A DNA stretch of 31,701 nucleotides from a virus. Its lineage: Duplodnaviria > Caudoviricetes. A program made the translations under genes and the position numbers. Of this stretch, positions 1-9,718 are shown one piece after another. The DNA is taken from the IMG/VR virus record IMGVR_UViG_3300012953_000117, positions 1 through 31,701 of that record; one strand, 5' to 3'. Within the stretch, counting starts at the first letter, position 1. Every line of letters starts with the position of its first letter. The notes beneath the pieces are model-generated. The model was not told where the DNA came from. It made no database searches and saw nothing but the letters and a program-made list of their open reading frames with translations.

Positions 1-381
1 AGTAACTGCACCTGTTGTAGATCCTGTAACAACCAGTGTAGGGTTGGAAACAGCAACATCAACAAGTTCGTTATATACCACAACAACAGTACCAGTAGCA
101 CCTTGTGCAAGAGATTCTTGCTCAAAGAATACACCAGTAATATTTGCAGCACCTAGACCTGCAGTAGTTGATGCACCACCTGCTAGACCACCAATAGCAA
201 CTAGGACTTCATCCCAGTAATCTCCTGCAGCAACAGCAGTGTTCTTATCGGTACCTTTATAGTGACGTAGAACCCACCCTGCTTCTGTTGCAAAGCAATC
301 TTCTGCAAGACCATTCTTATTTACATTATCGAGCCACTTTGGTTTGGACTCGTCAGTTGTAGTTTTTCCCCAAAGAGGCAT
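1..381 (-). CDS. Putative virion structural protein (partial, runs off window start)
   Basis: Own translation: MPLWGKTTTDESKPKWL...EDCFATEAGWVLRH...WDEVLVAIGGLAGG; open to base 1; GGAG SD upstream; TATAAATA late promoter at 421-428. Not in ORF track. Confidence 0.7.
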   Translation of the reverse strand, partial: MPLWGKTTTDESKPKWLDNVNKNGLAEDCFATEAGWVLRHYKGTDKNTAVAAGDYWDEVLVAIGGLAGGASTTAGLGAANITGVFFEQESLAQGATGTVVVVYNELVDVAVSNPTLVVTGSTTGAVT

Positions 382-420
382 TGATTTACTCCGTAATTAT
401 ACAATAATTAATTCTAAACA

Positions 421-428
421 TATTTATA
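421..428 (-). promoter_or_regulatory. T4-type late (gp55) promoter TATAAATA
   Basis: Exact T4 late consensus about 40 nt upstream of the ATG at 381. Confidence 0.8.
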
Positions 429-452
429 AAAACAGGAGGGTCACCCCTCCTG
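428..452 (-). terminator. Rho-independent terminator
   Basis: 8-bp stem CAGGAGGG/CCCTCCTG, 4-nt loop, followed by TTTTT on the minus strand, just after the stop of 463..663. Confidence 0.85.
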
Positions 453-462
453 CTGCTAGTAA

Positions 463-663
463 CTAGCGTGTTTTTAATGCACCTTTAACTGTTTCAAGAA
501 GCTTATCATCTGCGGTAGTTTTGGTCAGTTTAACTGCCTTCTCCAATACAAGGATACAAATGTCGATGAGTTTCTCACCAAGTTCCTCGTCATCAGGGAT
601 CTTATTTACTGCGTCTGATACAATCTTCTTTGCGAAAGGTAGTAGAATTGATAACATAATCAA
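463..663 (-). CDS. Hypothetical protein (66 aa)
   Basis: ORF between a CTAAATA motif (680-686) and a terminator; same strand as neighbours. Confidence 0.75.
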   Translation of the reverse strand: MIMLSILLPFAKKIVSDAVNKIPDDEELGEKLIDICILVLEKAVKLTKTTADDKLLETVKGALKTR

Positions 664-679
664 ATTTATAGTTCAATTT

Positions 680-686
680 TATTTAG
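680..686 (-). promoter_or_regulatory. Late promoter-like CTAAATA
   Basis: Variant late motif in a short intergenic gap. Confidence 0.55.
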
Positions 687-688
687 CA

Positions 689-1429
689 CTATTTTTTCTT
701 TTTCTTCTTTCCGTATCCCCACTGCTCCTTAATCTTCTCATCGTAACGGATCTTTAGTTCATCCAAGTGTGCTCTGAGCTGCTCATTTACACCATCAGAA
801 TACTTAACTGCTTTCTTTTTATTTGATTTCTTATATACATGTCCTGTGTCACACTTCTCTTCTTCAGTGACCACTTCTTCTTTGACTGCTTTGTTAGCAC
901 CCTTAAGTTTCTTATTCTTATCGAAGACCTGATCCATAGGGTCAGTGCTATCGCTAATTTGTGGACTTACTTCCACAAACTTACTGGTCTTCTCAGTAAT
1001 TTCAGTTCTCCAATTCGATGTCATTGTTTCTTCGATACTCCTATGCTTATTATTTAGCATTTCTTCTATTCCTTTATCTTTATCTGTTTTAGGAATGTAA
1101 TTACCTTCCTTCCACATATCATACTCAGAACCACGTGCCATGATCTTAGTAAACTCTCTATAACGATCAGTACCTACAAGACGATGCTTGGCATCTTTAC
1201 CCTGTCCAGTACCTAACTTATTATATTTGTCAGAAGCAGCTTCAGTAATATCTGATGCCCATGCCCTAAACATATTACCATCATCAGTAACAGCAATAAC
1301 ATAGTTTGGTCCACGACGGTGAACCTTACCTACCTTATCACCATACTGTATATAAGTACCTTCTTCAAATAGATTGCCATGTCTATATGAGGTACGCTTT
1401 GCTTCTGAATTAAAATTAGAAAACTTCAC
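689..1429 (-). CDS. Hypothetical protein, possibly an internal virion protein
   Basis: 246 aa; N-terminal part (GKVHRRGPNYVIAVTDDGNMFRAW..DI.E; LVGTDRYREF) resembles from memory the C-terminal domain of cyanophage 'cytidyltransferase' proteins; charged tail. Confidence 0.6.
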   Translation of the reverse strand: MKFSNFNSEAKRTSYRHGNLFEEGTYIQYGDKVGKVHRRGPNYVIAVTDDGNMFRAWASDITEAASDKYNKLGTGQGKDAKHRLVGTDRYREFTKIMARGSEYDMWKEGNYIPKTDKDKGIEEMLNNKHRSIEETMTSNWRTEITEKTSKFVEVSPQISDSTDPMDQVFDKNKKLKGANKAVKEEVVTEEEKCDTGHVYKKSNKKKAVKYSDGVNEQLRAHLDELKIRYDEKIKEQWGYGKKKKKK

Positions 1430-2661
1430 TAGATCTCTTCACTTGTTCTATTTGTAACTATATATGATTCACTATAAACCCCACCTCTAACACCATTTAA
1501 TGTTTTATTACCATGTTCAATCTTTCTAGTAGATTCACCCCTTCTAGCACCTAGTGTAGGTTTATATCCCCTATAAGTTAAAGACCCTAGAGAACTTTGA
1601 GGAAGATTACTAGTACTAAAGATTATTTGTATTGTGACCTGATCTGTAGCTTTACTTCTTCTACCTTGTCTCCTTACCTTCACATTACCTTGAGAAAAGT
1701 ATGTGACATTATTCATACCCTCTCTATATGATCCATAATCTTCACCAAAAACTGCCATACCTTTTAGTTTATTGTCCTTAATATGTCTATAGTATGCCAT
1801 TCTTCTAAAATCTTCTATAGTTTTACTATCAACAATAGCTTTCTTAAAATCTTCTACCTCAGTATGAGTAGAAATCTTACCTGCTCTAGAAGTTATACCT
1901 GAATACTGTTGAAAATCTTTAGCAGTACTACCTTGCTTATGAGATATAAAACATACCTCTTCTAAATCTTTATTAAGACCAACAAAATCTGCATGTGATC
2001 CTGATTTTCCTGGAATAAATCCAATAAAATCTTCATAGAACTTTCTTCCTAAGTGAAGTGTTACTGGAACATGATCTCCTAGTTCATAAATTTTATCATT
2101 AATTGTCCTTAATATATAATGTTCATGAGAAGTATCTGGTGTTCTATTACTATGTTTTCTATGCCATTTTCTTGCTTCTAACAAAGGATTAGTATAACGT
2201 AAATTCCTAAATGCATTTGGATTATTATACTTAACTAAGATATGAAAAGGAACCGTTGTTTGGATCGTTGGGTCAGACACATTAATTACCACACCCCCGA
2301 TACTACTCTTGGGATGTGGTATAACAATTTTCTTATCTCGACTTCCTAGTGCAACAATTATCTGTTGTAGTAGATCCTCTCTACTAGAAGGTGTTACAAA
2401 CTTGAATACAATATTCCTTTTTGTACTTAGATCCTGATCACCACTAAACGTATTAATTACCTTTCTGGAAAATAATGATGAGGATTGCACCAACTGCCTT
2501 ACATGAGTATACCTATCACCAGCATTCATACCTAATGTAGTATGAACTTCATAATTTCTCCTTGGTAACTTATCTTTAAAGAGTTGAGCTAGATTAGCAA
2601 TCTCATCTTTTATTAGTTTATCCTTTCTCGCTCTTTTCTCAGCAGGAGATATAGTTGCCAT
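1429..2661 (-). CDS. Basic protein, putative PD-(D/E)xK-like endonuclease
   Basis: 410 aa, Arg/Lys-rich; HADFV...FISHK..G..FQQYSG motif; function inferred only. Confidence 0.5.
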   Translation of the reverse strand: MATISPAEKRARKDKLIKDEIANLAQLFKDKLPRRNYEVHTTLGMNAGDRYTHVRQLVQSSSLFSRKVINTFSGDQDLSTKRNIVFKFVTPSSREDLLQQIIVALGSRDKKIVIPHPKSSIGGVVINVSDPTIQTTVPFHILVKYNNPNAFRNLRYTNPLLEARKWHRKHSNRTPDTSHEHYILRTINDKIYELGDHVPVTLHLGRKFYEDFIGFIPGKSGSHADFVGLNKDLEEVCFISHKQGSTAKDFQQYSGITSRAGKISTHTEVEDFKKAIVDSKTIEDFRRMAYYRHIKDNKLKGMAVFGEDYGSYREGMNNVTYFSQGNVKVRRQGRRSKATDQVTIQIIFSTSNLPQSSLGSLTYRGYKPTLGARRGESTRKIEHGNKTLNGVRGGVYSESYIVTNRTSEEI

Positions 2662-2674
2662 TATTTTTTACTTT

Positions 2675-2681
2675 TATTTAT
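2675..2681 (-). promoter_or_regulatory. Late promoter ATAAATA
   Basis: Overlaps the TAA stop of the upstream ORF; 14 nt before the ATG at 2661. Confidence 0.55.
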
Positions 2682-2863
2682 TCTGGTATCAACTCTATAT
2701 CTTCTATACAGTCAACAGTAACTTCATGAGTATCAATACGATACCAATGCTTATCAACACCTAGAACATCAGGATAGTATCCAAGATATTCTATTTCATC
2801 AGTTTTATTCTCACGTAACCATGCTTGCAACCTATGGTGCATTAAATCATGTTTGCTTATCAT
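2678..2863 (-). CDS. Hypothetical protein
   Basis: ORF track 2678..2884; ATG at 2863 (MISKHDLMHHRLQAWLRE) is the more likely start. Confidence 0.7.
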   Translation of the reverse strand: MISKHDLMHHRLQAWLRENKTDEIEYLGYYPDVLGVDKHWYRIDTHEVTVDCIEDIELIPE

Positions 2864-3065
2864 CTCGTTCCTTAATCTTTTCATCCATATAATCTCTCAT
2901 ATTTTCTATGAGATCTTGTGCATCAATAAGGTTATCAACGTCTGCCAAGAAATTAGCAATATGTTTTGCTACGTATGGTTTCTCACCACGTGCTGCAAAT
3001 GCTAGAGCATCTCTTAAATGTTCTTGTGCTGCTCTTAATGAATCTTCTACTGGTCTTGTTAACAT
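2847..3065 (-). CDS. Hypothetical protein (72 aa, helical)
   Basis: Start overlaps the mazG stop (TAATG). Confidence 0.75.
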   Translation of the reverse strand: MLTRPVEDSLRAAQEHLRDALAFAARGEKPYVAKHIANFLADVDNLIDAQDLIENMRDYMDEKIKERDDKQT

Positions 3066-3475
3066 TATCTGTCTCCTTTTTTTCTATTTTCTGAATAGTG
3101 TACATCAAAACTGCCACCAGGATATCTATTCTCTAACTTGGTAACATTACGTTCGATAACTTCATCGAACGATACATCTAAAGCCATGCAAGCTTGTGCA
3201 ACATACCACATAGCATCACCCAACTCAATAATAAGATGCTCTCGATTGTCGTCATTCCAAGGTTTACCTTGAAACACCATCTTCTTAACAATCTCAAGAA
3301 ACTCACCAGATTCAGCAGCAAGCCCAACGCCAGCAGTGGTAAGGCGTTCAATATTGGCACCTTGTCTGTCAAGTTCACCCATACGGTCAGCAAGAGAGAC
3401 AAAATCTTTAGAACAATCCGACGTGACAGCATCCACGAATAGAGAGTACTTATCAAAGTCAACATGTTTGGTCAT
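3065..3475 (-). CDS. mazG: MazG-family nucleotide pyrophosphohydrolase
   Basis: GLAAESGEFLEIVKK...ELGDAMWY...N..KL..RYP, all-alpha NTP-PPase motifs. Confidence 0.93.
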   Translation of the reverse strand: MTKHVDFDKYSLFVDAVTSDCSKDFVSLADRMGELDRQGANIERLTTAGVGLAAESGEFLEIVKKMVFQGKPWNDDNREHLIIELGDAMWYVAQACMALDVSFDEVIERNVTKLENRYPGGSFDVHYSENRKKGDR

Positions 3476-4872
3476 ACTTTTAATGATTTAAACTTCTGAA
3501 ATTTATTTAGAACACTAGGTTTGACTTCATCAGAACTCACCTTCGTAATGACGGTAGCACTAGAAGGTTGTTGAATCATGCCATCCTGAGCACTTTGTTC
3601 TACATCATACAGCTTCATCTTCGATCTGTCAATACCCACAGCAAATCTCTTATTAATTGTGGGGTCATTGTATCTATTCTTTAACTGTTTAACTAGAATT
3701 TGTCCCAGTTCTTCAGTTTCGTCAGTAGATATGAGAGCGAACATAAAGTCAGCAGTAGCAGGGAGTCCGAAAGATTCTGACGTGTCAGTAAGGTCAATAT
3801 CGCTAGACCCGAAACCAGAACGAGTAGTTTGAGTAGCACTAATAATAGGTACATTGCTTTCGACAGCGAGACCTCTAAGTTCTTCAGCAATCGCTTTAAC
3901 ATAAGTGTAAGAATTTACAGTAGATCCTTTGAATCTCTGTGAAGCACAGATATTAAGGTAGTCAACAAAAATAAGATCAGGTTTAAAACTTGTCTTCAAT
4001 GTAAGTTCATTTAATAATGACTTAAAATGACCTACATGTGCAGATGCAGTAGGATATTCTTTAATAATTAACTTACCTTGTGTTTTCTTTTGAAGTTTCT
4101 GAACCTTACTATCAAATATCTGTTTAGGTAAACCAGCAATGTCCTGTATATTAACACCTAATAGATTAGAATCTATCCTCTCTGCAATCTTTTCTTCAGA
4201 CATCTCACATGTAATATACAATACATTCTTACCTTGCAATAAGGTAGAAGCAGCAACATGACACATGAATAAAGATTTACCTACACCAGTACCTGCCAAT
4301 GCAACGTTCAATGTTTTATTTGATAATCCACCCTTAGTAATCTTATTAAACATAGTAAGATCAAAAGGTATCTTCTCGTCTACTCTATTATAGTATTCAA
4401 ATCTCTCTGCATAATTACCAAAGTAATCATGACCTATACGATTATCAAATGAAACAGCGATAGCATCAGAAAGTATAGATGGTATAGCACCCTTATCTTT
4501 CTTCTCATCCTTACCATCTGCTATTTGTATACTCTCTAATAATGAGAGATATATTGCTCTATTCCTACACCATTCCTCAGTAGAATCTACTAACCACGTG
4601 TGATCTACCTTCTCTCCACTCACCTTATCAAGTGATTCAAGAGAAGATTTAAACTGTTGATCAGTTAAACTAGTAGTATTCTGTAAGTCAATTGCTAATG
4701 ACTCTTTAGTAGGACACTTAGCATACTTATCAATGAACTTTGATATTAAGGAGAACAATAATTTATTCTGTTCCTCCTCAAAGTATTCTTCTTTTAGATA
4801 TGGAAAAACCTGACGACGAAACTGATCATTCGTTACTAGGTTATTAAGTACTGTAAATTCTAAGGAGTTCAT
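3472..4872 (-). CDS. gp41: Replicative DNA helicase gp41 (DnaB-like)
   Basis: Walker A AGTGVGKS, VDYLNI, SATQTTRSG, KQLKNRY; T4 synteny. Confidence 0.97.
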   Translation of the reverse strand: MNSLEFTVLNNLVTNDQFRRQVFPYLKEEYFEEEQNKLLFSLISKFIDKYAKCPTKESLAIDLQNTTSLTDQQFKSSLESLDKVSGEKVDHTWLVDSTEEWCRNRAIYLSLLESIQIADGKDEKKDKGAIPSILSDAIAVSFDNRIGHDYFGNYAERFEYYNRVDEKIPFDLTMFNKITKGGLSNKTLNVALAGTGVGKSLFMCHVAASTLLQGKNVLYITCEMSEEKIAERIDSNLLGVNIQDIAGLPKQIFDSKVQKLQKKTQGKLIIKEYPTASAHVGHFKSLLNELTLKTSFKPDLIFVDYLNICASQRFKGSTVNSYTYVKAIAEELRGLAVESNVPIISATQTTRSGFGSSDIDLTDTSESFGLPATADFMFALISTDETEELGQILVKQLKNRYNDPTINKRFAVGIDRSKMKLYDVEQSAQDGMIQQPSSATVITKVSSDEVKPSVLNKFQKFKSLKV

Positions 4873-5888
4873 TCATTACCATACTTAAATTCCTTAGCAG
4901 CACACTCATCAAGTGCTTGCATTATTTCTGACGTGAAATATTTAACAGGATCGGCAAGAATAGCAGAAGGATAAACGGAAGATTCACCAACAACAATCCT
5001 ATTCCCCTTCCTGGTGAAGATTCCATGCTTTTCACCCAGTTCCAGTAACCCATAATACTTGTCCAGTCCACGCTTGTCGAAAAATAGACGTGTTGCAATT
5101 TGAGTGTTCTCCTTAGTTAAACGTGATTTGTATGTCTTAACTTTAATAATATTACCAATGACTTCTTTACTTGTATCCTTTTCTTTTGACTTTGTTAGAG
5201 TCATAATAGTAGATGCTGCATACTTCAGACCACTACCACCACCCATATCAGATGGTTCACCATAAGGATTCATTGTTTTATATGTATGATTGGTTACAAT
5301 CATAGGAATCTTAAGTTTACCTAGTTTACTAGTGATGATTCTAAATACAGATTTGATTGTCTGTGATTTAGTCATGTCTCTGACCTGTTTATCATCTAAA
5401 GCATCATTCAATTCCTTAGCAGATGCTAACATACCTAGAGAATCTAATACAATTAGAAGTGGTTTCCTATCTTTCTCAGGTGTCTTAAGAAGATTATCTA
5501 AGATACGTATCATCTGAGTACGAAACTCCTCAATAGTATCAACTGGGAAATGCCACACTCTATCAGGATCTAGACCACGATCTTTGAATAGATCTGTGGT
5601 TGCTGCTGCTTCACTATCAAAGTAGAATACTGCACCATCCTCATTACTATCAAGGAAATCCTTAGCAATACCTATAGCATAAAATGTTTTACCAGTTGCT
5701 TGTTCACCAGCAATAGCAGTCACCCTATTATCAGGTATACCACCATAGATACTACCACTTAATTGTGCATTTAGTATATAAGAACCTGTTCCTATAAATC
5801 CTTGCTTGTCACCAGTGATCAATCCATCTGATACAAGTTTTGCATAATCATTTTTTGCTTCTTTAGCAAGTGTGTCAAAGATACTCAT
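4869..5888 (-). CDS. uvsX: RecA-like recombinase UvsX
   Basis: GEQATGKT, FDSE, LDSLGML, GGGSGLKYAAS. Confidence 0.97.
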   Translation of the reverse strand: MSIFDTLAKEAKNDYAKLVSDGLITGDKQGFIGTGSYILNAQLSGSIYGGIPDNRVTAIAGEQATGKTFYAIGIAKDFLDSNEDGAVFYFDSEAAATTDLFKDRGLDPDRVWHFPVDTIEEFRTQMIRILDNLLKTPEKDRKPLLIVLDSLGMLASAKELNDALDDKQVRDMTKSQTIKSVFRIITSKLGKLKIPMIVTNHTYKTMNPYGEPSDMGGGSGLKYAASTIMTLTKSKEKDTSKEVIGNIIKVKTYKSRLTKENTQIATRLFFDKRGLDKYYGLLELGEKHGIFTRKGNRIVVGESSVYPSAILADPVKYFTSEIMQALDECAAKEFKYGNE

Positions 5889-8407
5889 ACAAATAAAAAC
5901 TCCAAGTTACTTTCTTTTTTAGTTTTCCATCCTATAACATCAAGAATATTCTTGAGAGGTTTGATGAATGATTTCTCGAATTGTGTACTGTAATCAATTT
6001 GATTACGTACCTTTGGTATTTCGTCTGGGAAATCCGAGATGAATGACATAACATTCTGCCCCAATACGTTTGGTTCTTTCAAGTAAACATACTTTATCTT
6101 CTCACCCTCTTGGATGATTGGATACTTATGAACCAACTTGTTAGATTTTAGTTGAGAGTTATACAGTAGTGCTCCTCTCACGTGGATAGGACAACTTTTC
6201 TTGTATAGAGTAACAGGGTCTGACCATTTTGTCAACCCATTAACACTTCTAGGAAATGCTATCTCCTCTGGTGGCATACTATAGAACTTAGTTCTAAAAT
6301 CATCTATAAAGGTTATTAGATCCTCATTCTCTCTAGTCATTATGATGTCAAGGGCATCTTTAATCATCTGTCTGCATGGTGCAGGTGTGGATGATTTAAC
6401 TGCCTCAATACCCATCATCTTTAACTTTGCTTCTTCATATCTAACACCTTCACTGTCCCATACATTAAGAATGTATCTCTTCTTGGCAGTCCATATACCT
6501 TTATCGGCAATGTTCTCCCTCTTCATAACCATCTTCTGATCATACGCAGATACGTACGTCGCCAACTCCTGATAACAGGTGTCAATGTATGGTTCCAACT
6601 TGTCTTGACAGATCTTATCCAGTATGGAAACAATCTTTGTTTTGTCACTAGACCTATCACCAAAAAATTTATCAACAAGAGGTCCAAGATTAAGATATAT
6701 TGAGTCGGTATCTGATGCAACGACATAATCTTCTTCTTCCGTTTTGAGAACTTTATTAAGATACTCATTCATCTTGTTTTCTATCCATCGGATAGATACC
6801 TGTCCTGATAGTGTGATTGCTTCAGCATTTATTACTTTATAATATCTAAAGTATTGGTTACCGATAGCACCATAAGCAGAATTAAGAGAGATCTTCTTTG
6901 CCATCTGTATGTTATTACAACGAGTAATCTCTTTCTCTAATTCTACTGAAGGATTCTTCTCGTATTCTTGCTTTGCTTTAATCATTTTCTTTTTGAAAAT
7001 GACTCGCTCATCATAATACTTCTGCATGAGTTCTGGTAAGAACCCTTTCTGTGTGGTGTCATATAAAGCACCATTAGCACATACAGTTGTATTATCTAAG
7101 TCACTAAAATCTATCTCTTGGTTTAATATCCTATCTACAGTTGCTGATGAATGTCTATTGGGCATCAATGTCTCAGGTGAGATATTGTACTGCATTATAA
7201 GATGTGGGTACAGTGAGTTTAAATCGAAGTTAACTACCCACTCATATAATCCTGGTTTTGGTTCCTTTACATATGCACCAGCGTACTGAGTATTCTTATC
7301 AGACCTTTCTATTGGTGGAATTACTATACCTTTTGTCTTAAGGAAGTTGTATATAATACTATCCCAAGTACGTACTTGAGAATAGACATCCTCGTAATTA
7401 ACCTTAGCATCATATGCCATAGTTAAAGCAAGTTCAATTAATTTCATCTTGTCTTCCAAACGGTCAACAAGTTCTACGTCGTGTATATTATACTCTACAA
7501 ACTTCTGCCAATCATTAGTATAAAATTCTTTGAAGGTATCGTATTCTGAGTGTTCTAATTTTCTCTGACCCAGTTCTACCTGTGCTATGTAATCTAACCT
7601 GTAAGATTCTTGTGCTTTATACGTAAATTTCTTATAAAGATCAAGATAATCTAAGACACTTAGACCAATAATATCATAATATATATGATTTCTACCCATT
7701 ATCTCTATCTCCTTTTCAAATACTTTATTCCAAGGAGATAAAGATCTCATAAACTTACCAGACAATACTCTATCAATTCTTCTACAGATATATGGTACGT
7801 CAAATAGTTTAACATTCCAACCTGTAAGGATGTCTGGAGTGTTCTCTGCCCACCATGCTAGGAAATCCTTAAGCATATCTTCTTCTTTCCAGAAGACCCT
7901 ATACTCAGTATCTTTAGGAGTAAACTCTCTCGTACCCCATGTGATAACTTTCTTAGTAGTAAAATCTTTTACAGATAGACACAAAATTTCCTCCGAGGTC
8001 TCAGCAACGTTAGGGAAGCCATTCTCGGAGGTTGTCTCAATATCAAGAGTATAGATCCTCAACTGTGAGGAATCATAACTCATCTGTTCCTGTGGAAACT
8101 TTGAACTTATGTACTGGTATAGAAATCTATCATTACCATACACTTTAACATTGTCTACGAATTTATATTCATCTACAAAAGTTCTTGCTGATCTTACAGT
8201 TTCAAATTTCTTTTCCTTAGCATAATGTCCTTCTAGAGTTTTATACTCTGTTTCCTCATTACACCTAGTATATAAAACTGGAGAAAAGGTCTCTCGATAC
8301 TGAACACGTTTACCATCTTCATAACCGATATAAAAGATCTTATCTCCAGATAAGAAAACATTACTGTAGAAGTTCTGGTTCTGTGAGTTCAGTTTCCTCG
8401 TCGTCAT
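5885..8407 (-). CDS. gp43: Family B DNA polymerase gp43
   Basis: Exonuclease DIET, GWNVKLFD; polymerase DLNSLYP, KISLNSAYG, DTDS; uninterrupted. Confidence 0.98.
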   Translation of the reverse strand: MTTRKLNSQNQNFYSNVFLSGDKIFYIGYEDGKRVQYRETFSPVLYTRCNEETEYKTLEGHYAKEKKFETVRSARTFVDEYKFVDNVKVYGNDRFLYQYISSKFPQEQMSYDSSQLRIYTLDIETTSENGFPNVAETSEEILCLSVKDFTTKKVITWGTREFTPKDTEYRVFWKEEDMLKDFLAWWAENTPDILTGWNVKLFDVPYICRRIDRVLSGKFMRSLSPWNKVFEKEIEIMGRNHIYYDIIGLSVLDYLDLYKKFTYKAQESYRLDYIAQVELGQRKLEHSEYDTFKEFYTNDWQKFVEYNIHDVELVDRLEDKMKLIELALTMAYDAKVNYEDVYSQVRTWDSIIYNFLKTKGIVIPPIERSDKNTQYAGAYVKEPKPGLYEWVVNFDLNSLYPHLIMQYNISPETLMPNRHSSATVDRILNQEIDFSDLDNTTVCANGALYDTTQKGFLPELMQKYYDERVIFKKKMIKAKQEYEKNPSVELEKEITRCNNIQMAKKISLNSAYGAIGNQYFRYYKVINAEAITLSGQVSIRWIENKMNEYLNKVLKTEEEDYVVASDTDSIYLNLGPLVDKFFGDRSSDKTKIVSILDKICQDKLEPYIDTCYQELATYVSAYDQKMVMKRENIADKGIWTAKKRYILNVWDSEGVRYEEAKLKMMGIEAVKSSTPAPCRQMIKDALDIIMTRENEDLITFIDDFRTKFYSMPPEEIAFPRSVNGLTKWSDPVTLYKKSCPIHVRGALLYNSQLKSNKLVHKYPIIQEGEKIKYVYLKEPNVLGQNVMSFISDFPDEIPKVRNQIDYSTQFEKSFIKPLKNILDVIGWKTKKESNLEFLFV

Positions 8408-8651
8408 CTTGTGGTGGTGCTGCTTGTTTATACTTTTCCAGAAGTTCTGGGTCTGGATCTACTATTGTAGCAATAAAATCCGAATAAAGCAAGACATTTC
8501 TTTGACCACTATATTTTGGGAATGGTTTAAACTCTCCATCTATGATCTCCATTGGGTCTGCAAGGAAGCATGATGGTTCCATGTCCATCTCTTGAATGTA
8601 AGAGATCACATACAATCCATTCTTAAGTAGTAGGAGCTTGATTGTTTCCAT
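8361..8651 (-). CDS. Hypothetical protein, Sm-like fold candidate
   Basis: IKLLLLKNG..VIS.I...L.DP...PFP...TIVDP..ELLEKY pattern shared with neighbouring paralogs. Confidence 0.65.
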   Translation of the reverse strand: METIKLLLLKNGLYVISYIQEMDMEPSCFLADPMEIIDGEFKPFPKYSGQRNVLLYSDFIATIVDPDPELLEKYKQAAPPQDDDEETELTEPELLQ

Positions 8652-8994
8652 CTTCCTCCTCAGTAATGTTGTGCTTCTTACAATAGTCCTGTTTGATCTT
8701 CTCTACAGGGTCATAGATTGTTACCACCCAATCAGATGGTATAACAAACTCCTGTTGTTGGGACATAGGTGCCCAATGAGTATAGGAAACCTGAAACTTT
8801 GTTTGAGAGGTAGGAGTATCTTCCTTACCTTCAACTAATAATTCTTGTTTGTCAACCTCTTTAGTTTGAAGTTGCATGATATAAGGATTCTTCAAATGGT
8901 AAGCAACAATGCCTTGATTGTCTTTGTCAACAATTTCTTGTGCATTACTGATTACATCCTCACCAGATTTCAATAAAATAACTTTAACGGTCAT
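8623..8994 (-). CDS. Sm-like domain protein
   Basis: VKVILLKSGEDVIS...LKNPY...WAP.S....F.IPSDWVVTIYDP. Confidence 0.75.
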   Translation of the reverse strand: MTVKVILLKSGEDVISNAQEIVDKDNQGIVAYHLKNPYIMQLQTKEVDKQELLVEGKEDTPTSQTKFQVSYTHWAPMSQQQEFVIPSDWVVTIYDPVEKIKQDYCKKHNITEEEDGNNQAPTT

Positions 8995-9704
8995 AGTGAT
9001 AAATTACGATCTTCTATAGTTCTAATGTATTTGGACAGTTTATCAAGGTATCCACGATTTCGCAACTCTTTGAACACTAGGTTCTCAAGAGCAAACTCTC
9101 CACCTCTTTGTATTGCAGAACCTCTCATACGTCTGATCTTATCTTTAAGTTTGTTAAGAACGTCAGTATCGTCTGCTTGAGTATCTATTAGATCATCAAT
9201 ACTATCCATCATATCACGAACCTTTTGTTTTAGCAAGGGGTCGGTGAAGTTAACGTACTGTTTAGTAGGTTCCTGTATCCACAGGTCATCTACCACAGAG
9301 TATGTTCCCTGATTTCTAGGTACTGGGTCTCTAATATCTTGTGCATATAATTCTACTGGTTGACCATAGATAGACACATCATGAGTCAATGCCCATAGCT
9401 TTTTCTTATCTCTCAAATAATCATCCAGTAAATCCGTTTGACAACAATCAGCTATCTCATCCTTATCCACAACTAAATGCAGATCAAGATCTGAGTATTC
9501 AGTATAATTGTAATTGGCATTACCACCAACTAAAATTATATCTTTGATTGCACTTGGGGGGATCCTGGCAAATTCTGCCCATCTGTATCCTATTTCAAGA
9601 AGTTTATCTTGAACTTCAGGTCTCAATACAAGTCCATCCCAGAACTTTGGATTAAGTACCTCGTGATACATCAGGGTTAACCTAAGATCATTAAAGGACT
9701 TCAC
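8991..9704 (-). CDS. Pol-beta-superfamily nucleotidyltransferase
   Basis: ILVGGNANYNYTEYSDLDLHL (hG[GS]x9DxD) plus third acidic residue in VELYAQD; GTG start; helical C-terminus. Confidence 0.85.
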   Translation of the reverse strand: MKSFNDLRLTLMYHEVLNPKFWDGLVLRPEVQDKLLEIGYRWAEFARIPPSAIKDIILVGGNANYNYTEYSDLDLHLVVDKDEIADCCQTDLLDDYLRDKKKLWALTHDVSIYGQPVELYAQDIRDPVPRNQGTYSVVDDLWIQEPTKQYVNFTDPLLKQKVRDMMDSIDDLIDTQADDTDVLNKLKDKIRRMRGSAIQRGGEFALENLVFKELRNRGYLDKLSKYIRTIEDRNLSL

Positions 9705-9718
9705 GGAAGTATTACTTT

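Noticed and set aside
5885-8407. Intron, intein or split in gp43 (also checked gp41, gp46, uvsW)
   Set aside because: Lengths are ordinary and motifs contiguous
521-8838. Short plus-strand ORFs (521, 839, 2908, 3194, 5290, 6342, 7026, 7830, 8638)
   Set aside because: Antisense shadows of well-supported minus-strand genes, with no recognisable motifs
8991-9704. Calling the NTase a CBASS cyclase or toxin-antitoxin component
   Set aside because: No recognisable CBASS effector, HEPN partner or antitoxin nearby; shorter than typical CD-NTases
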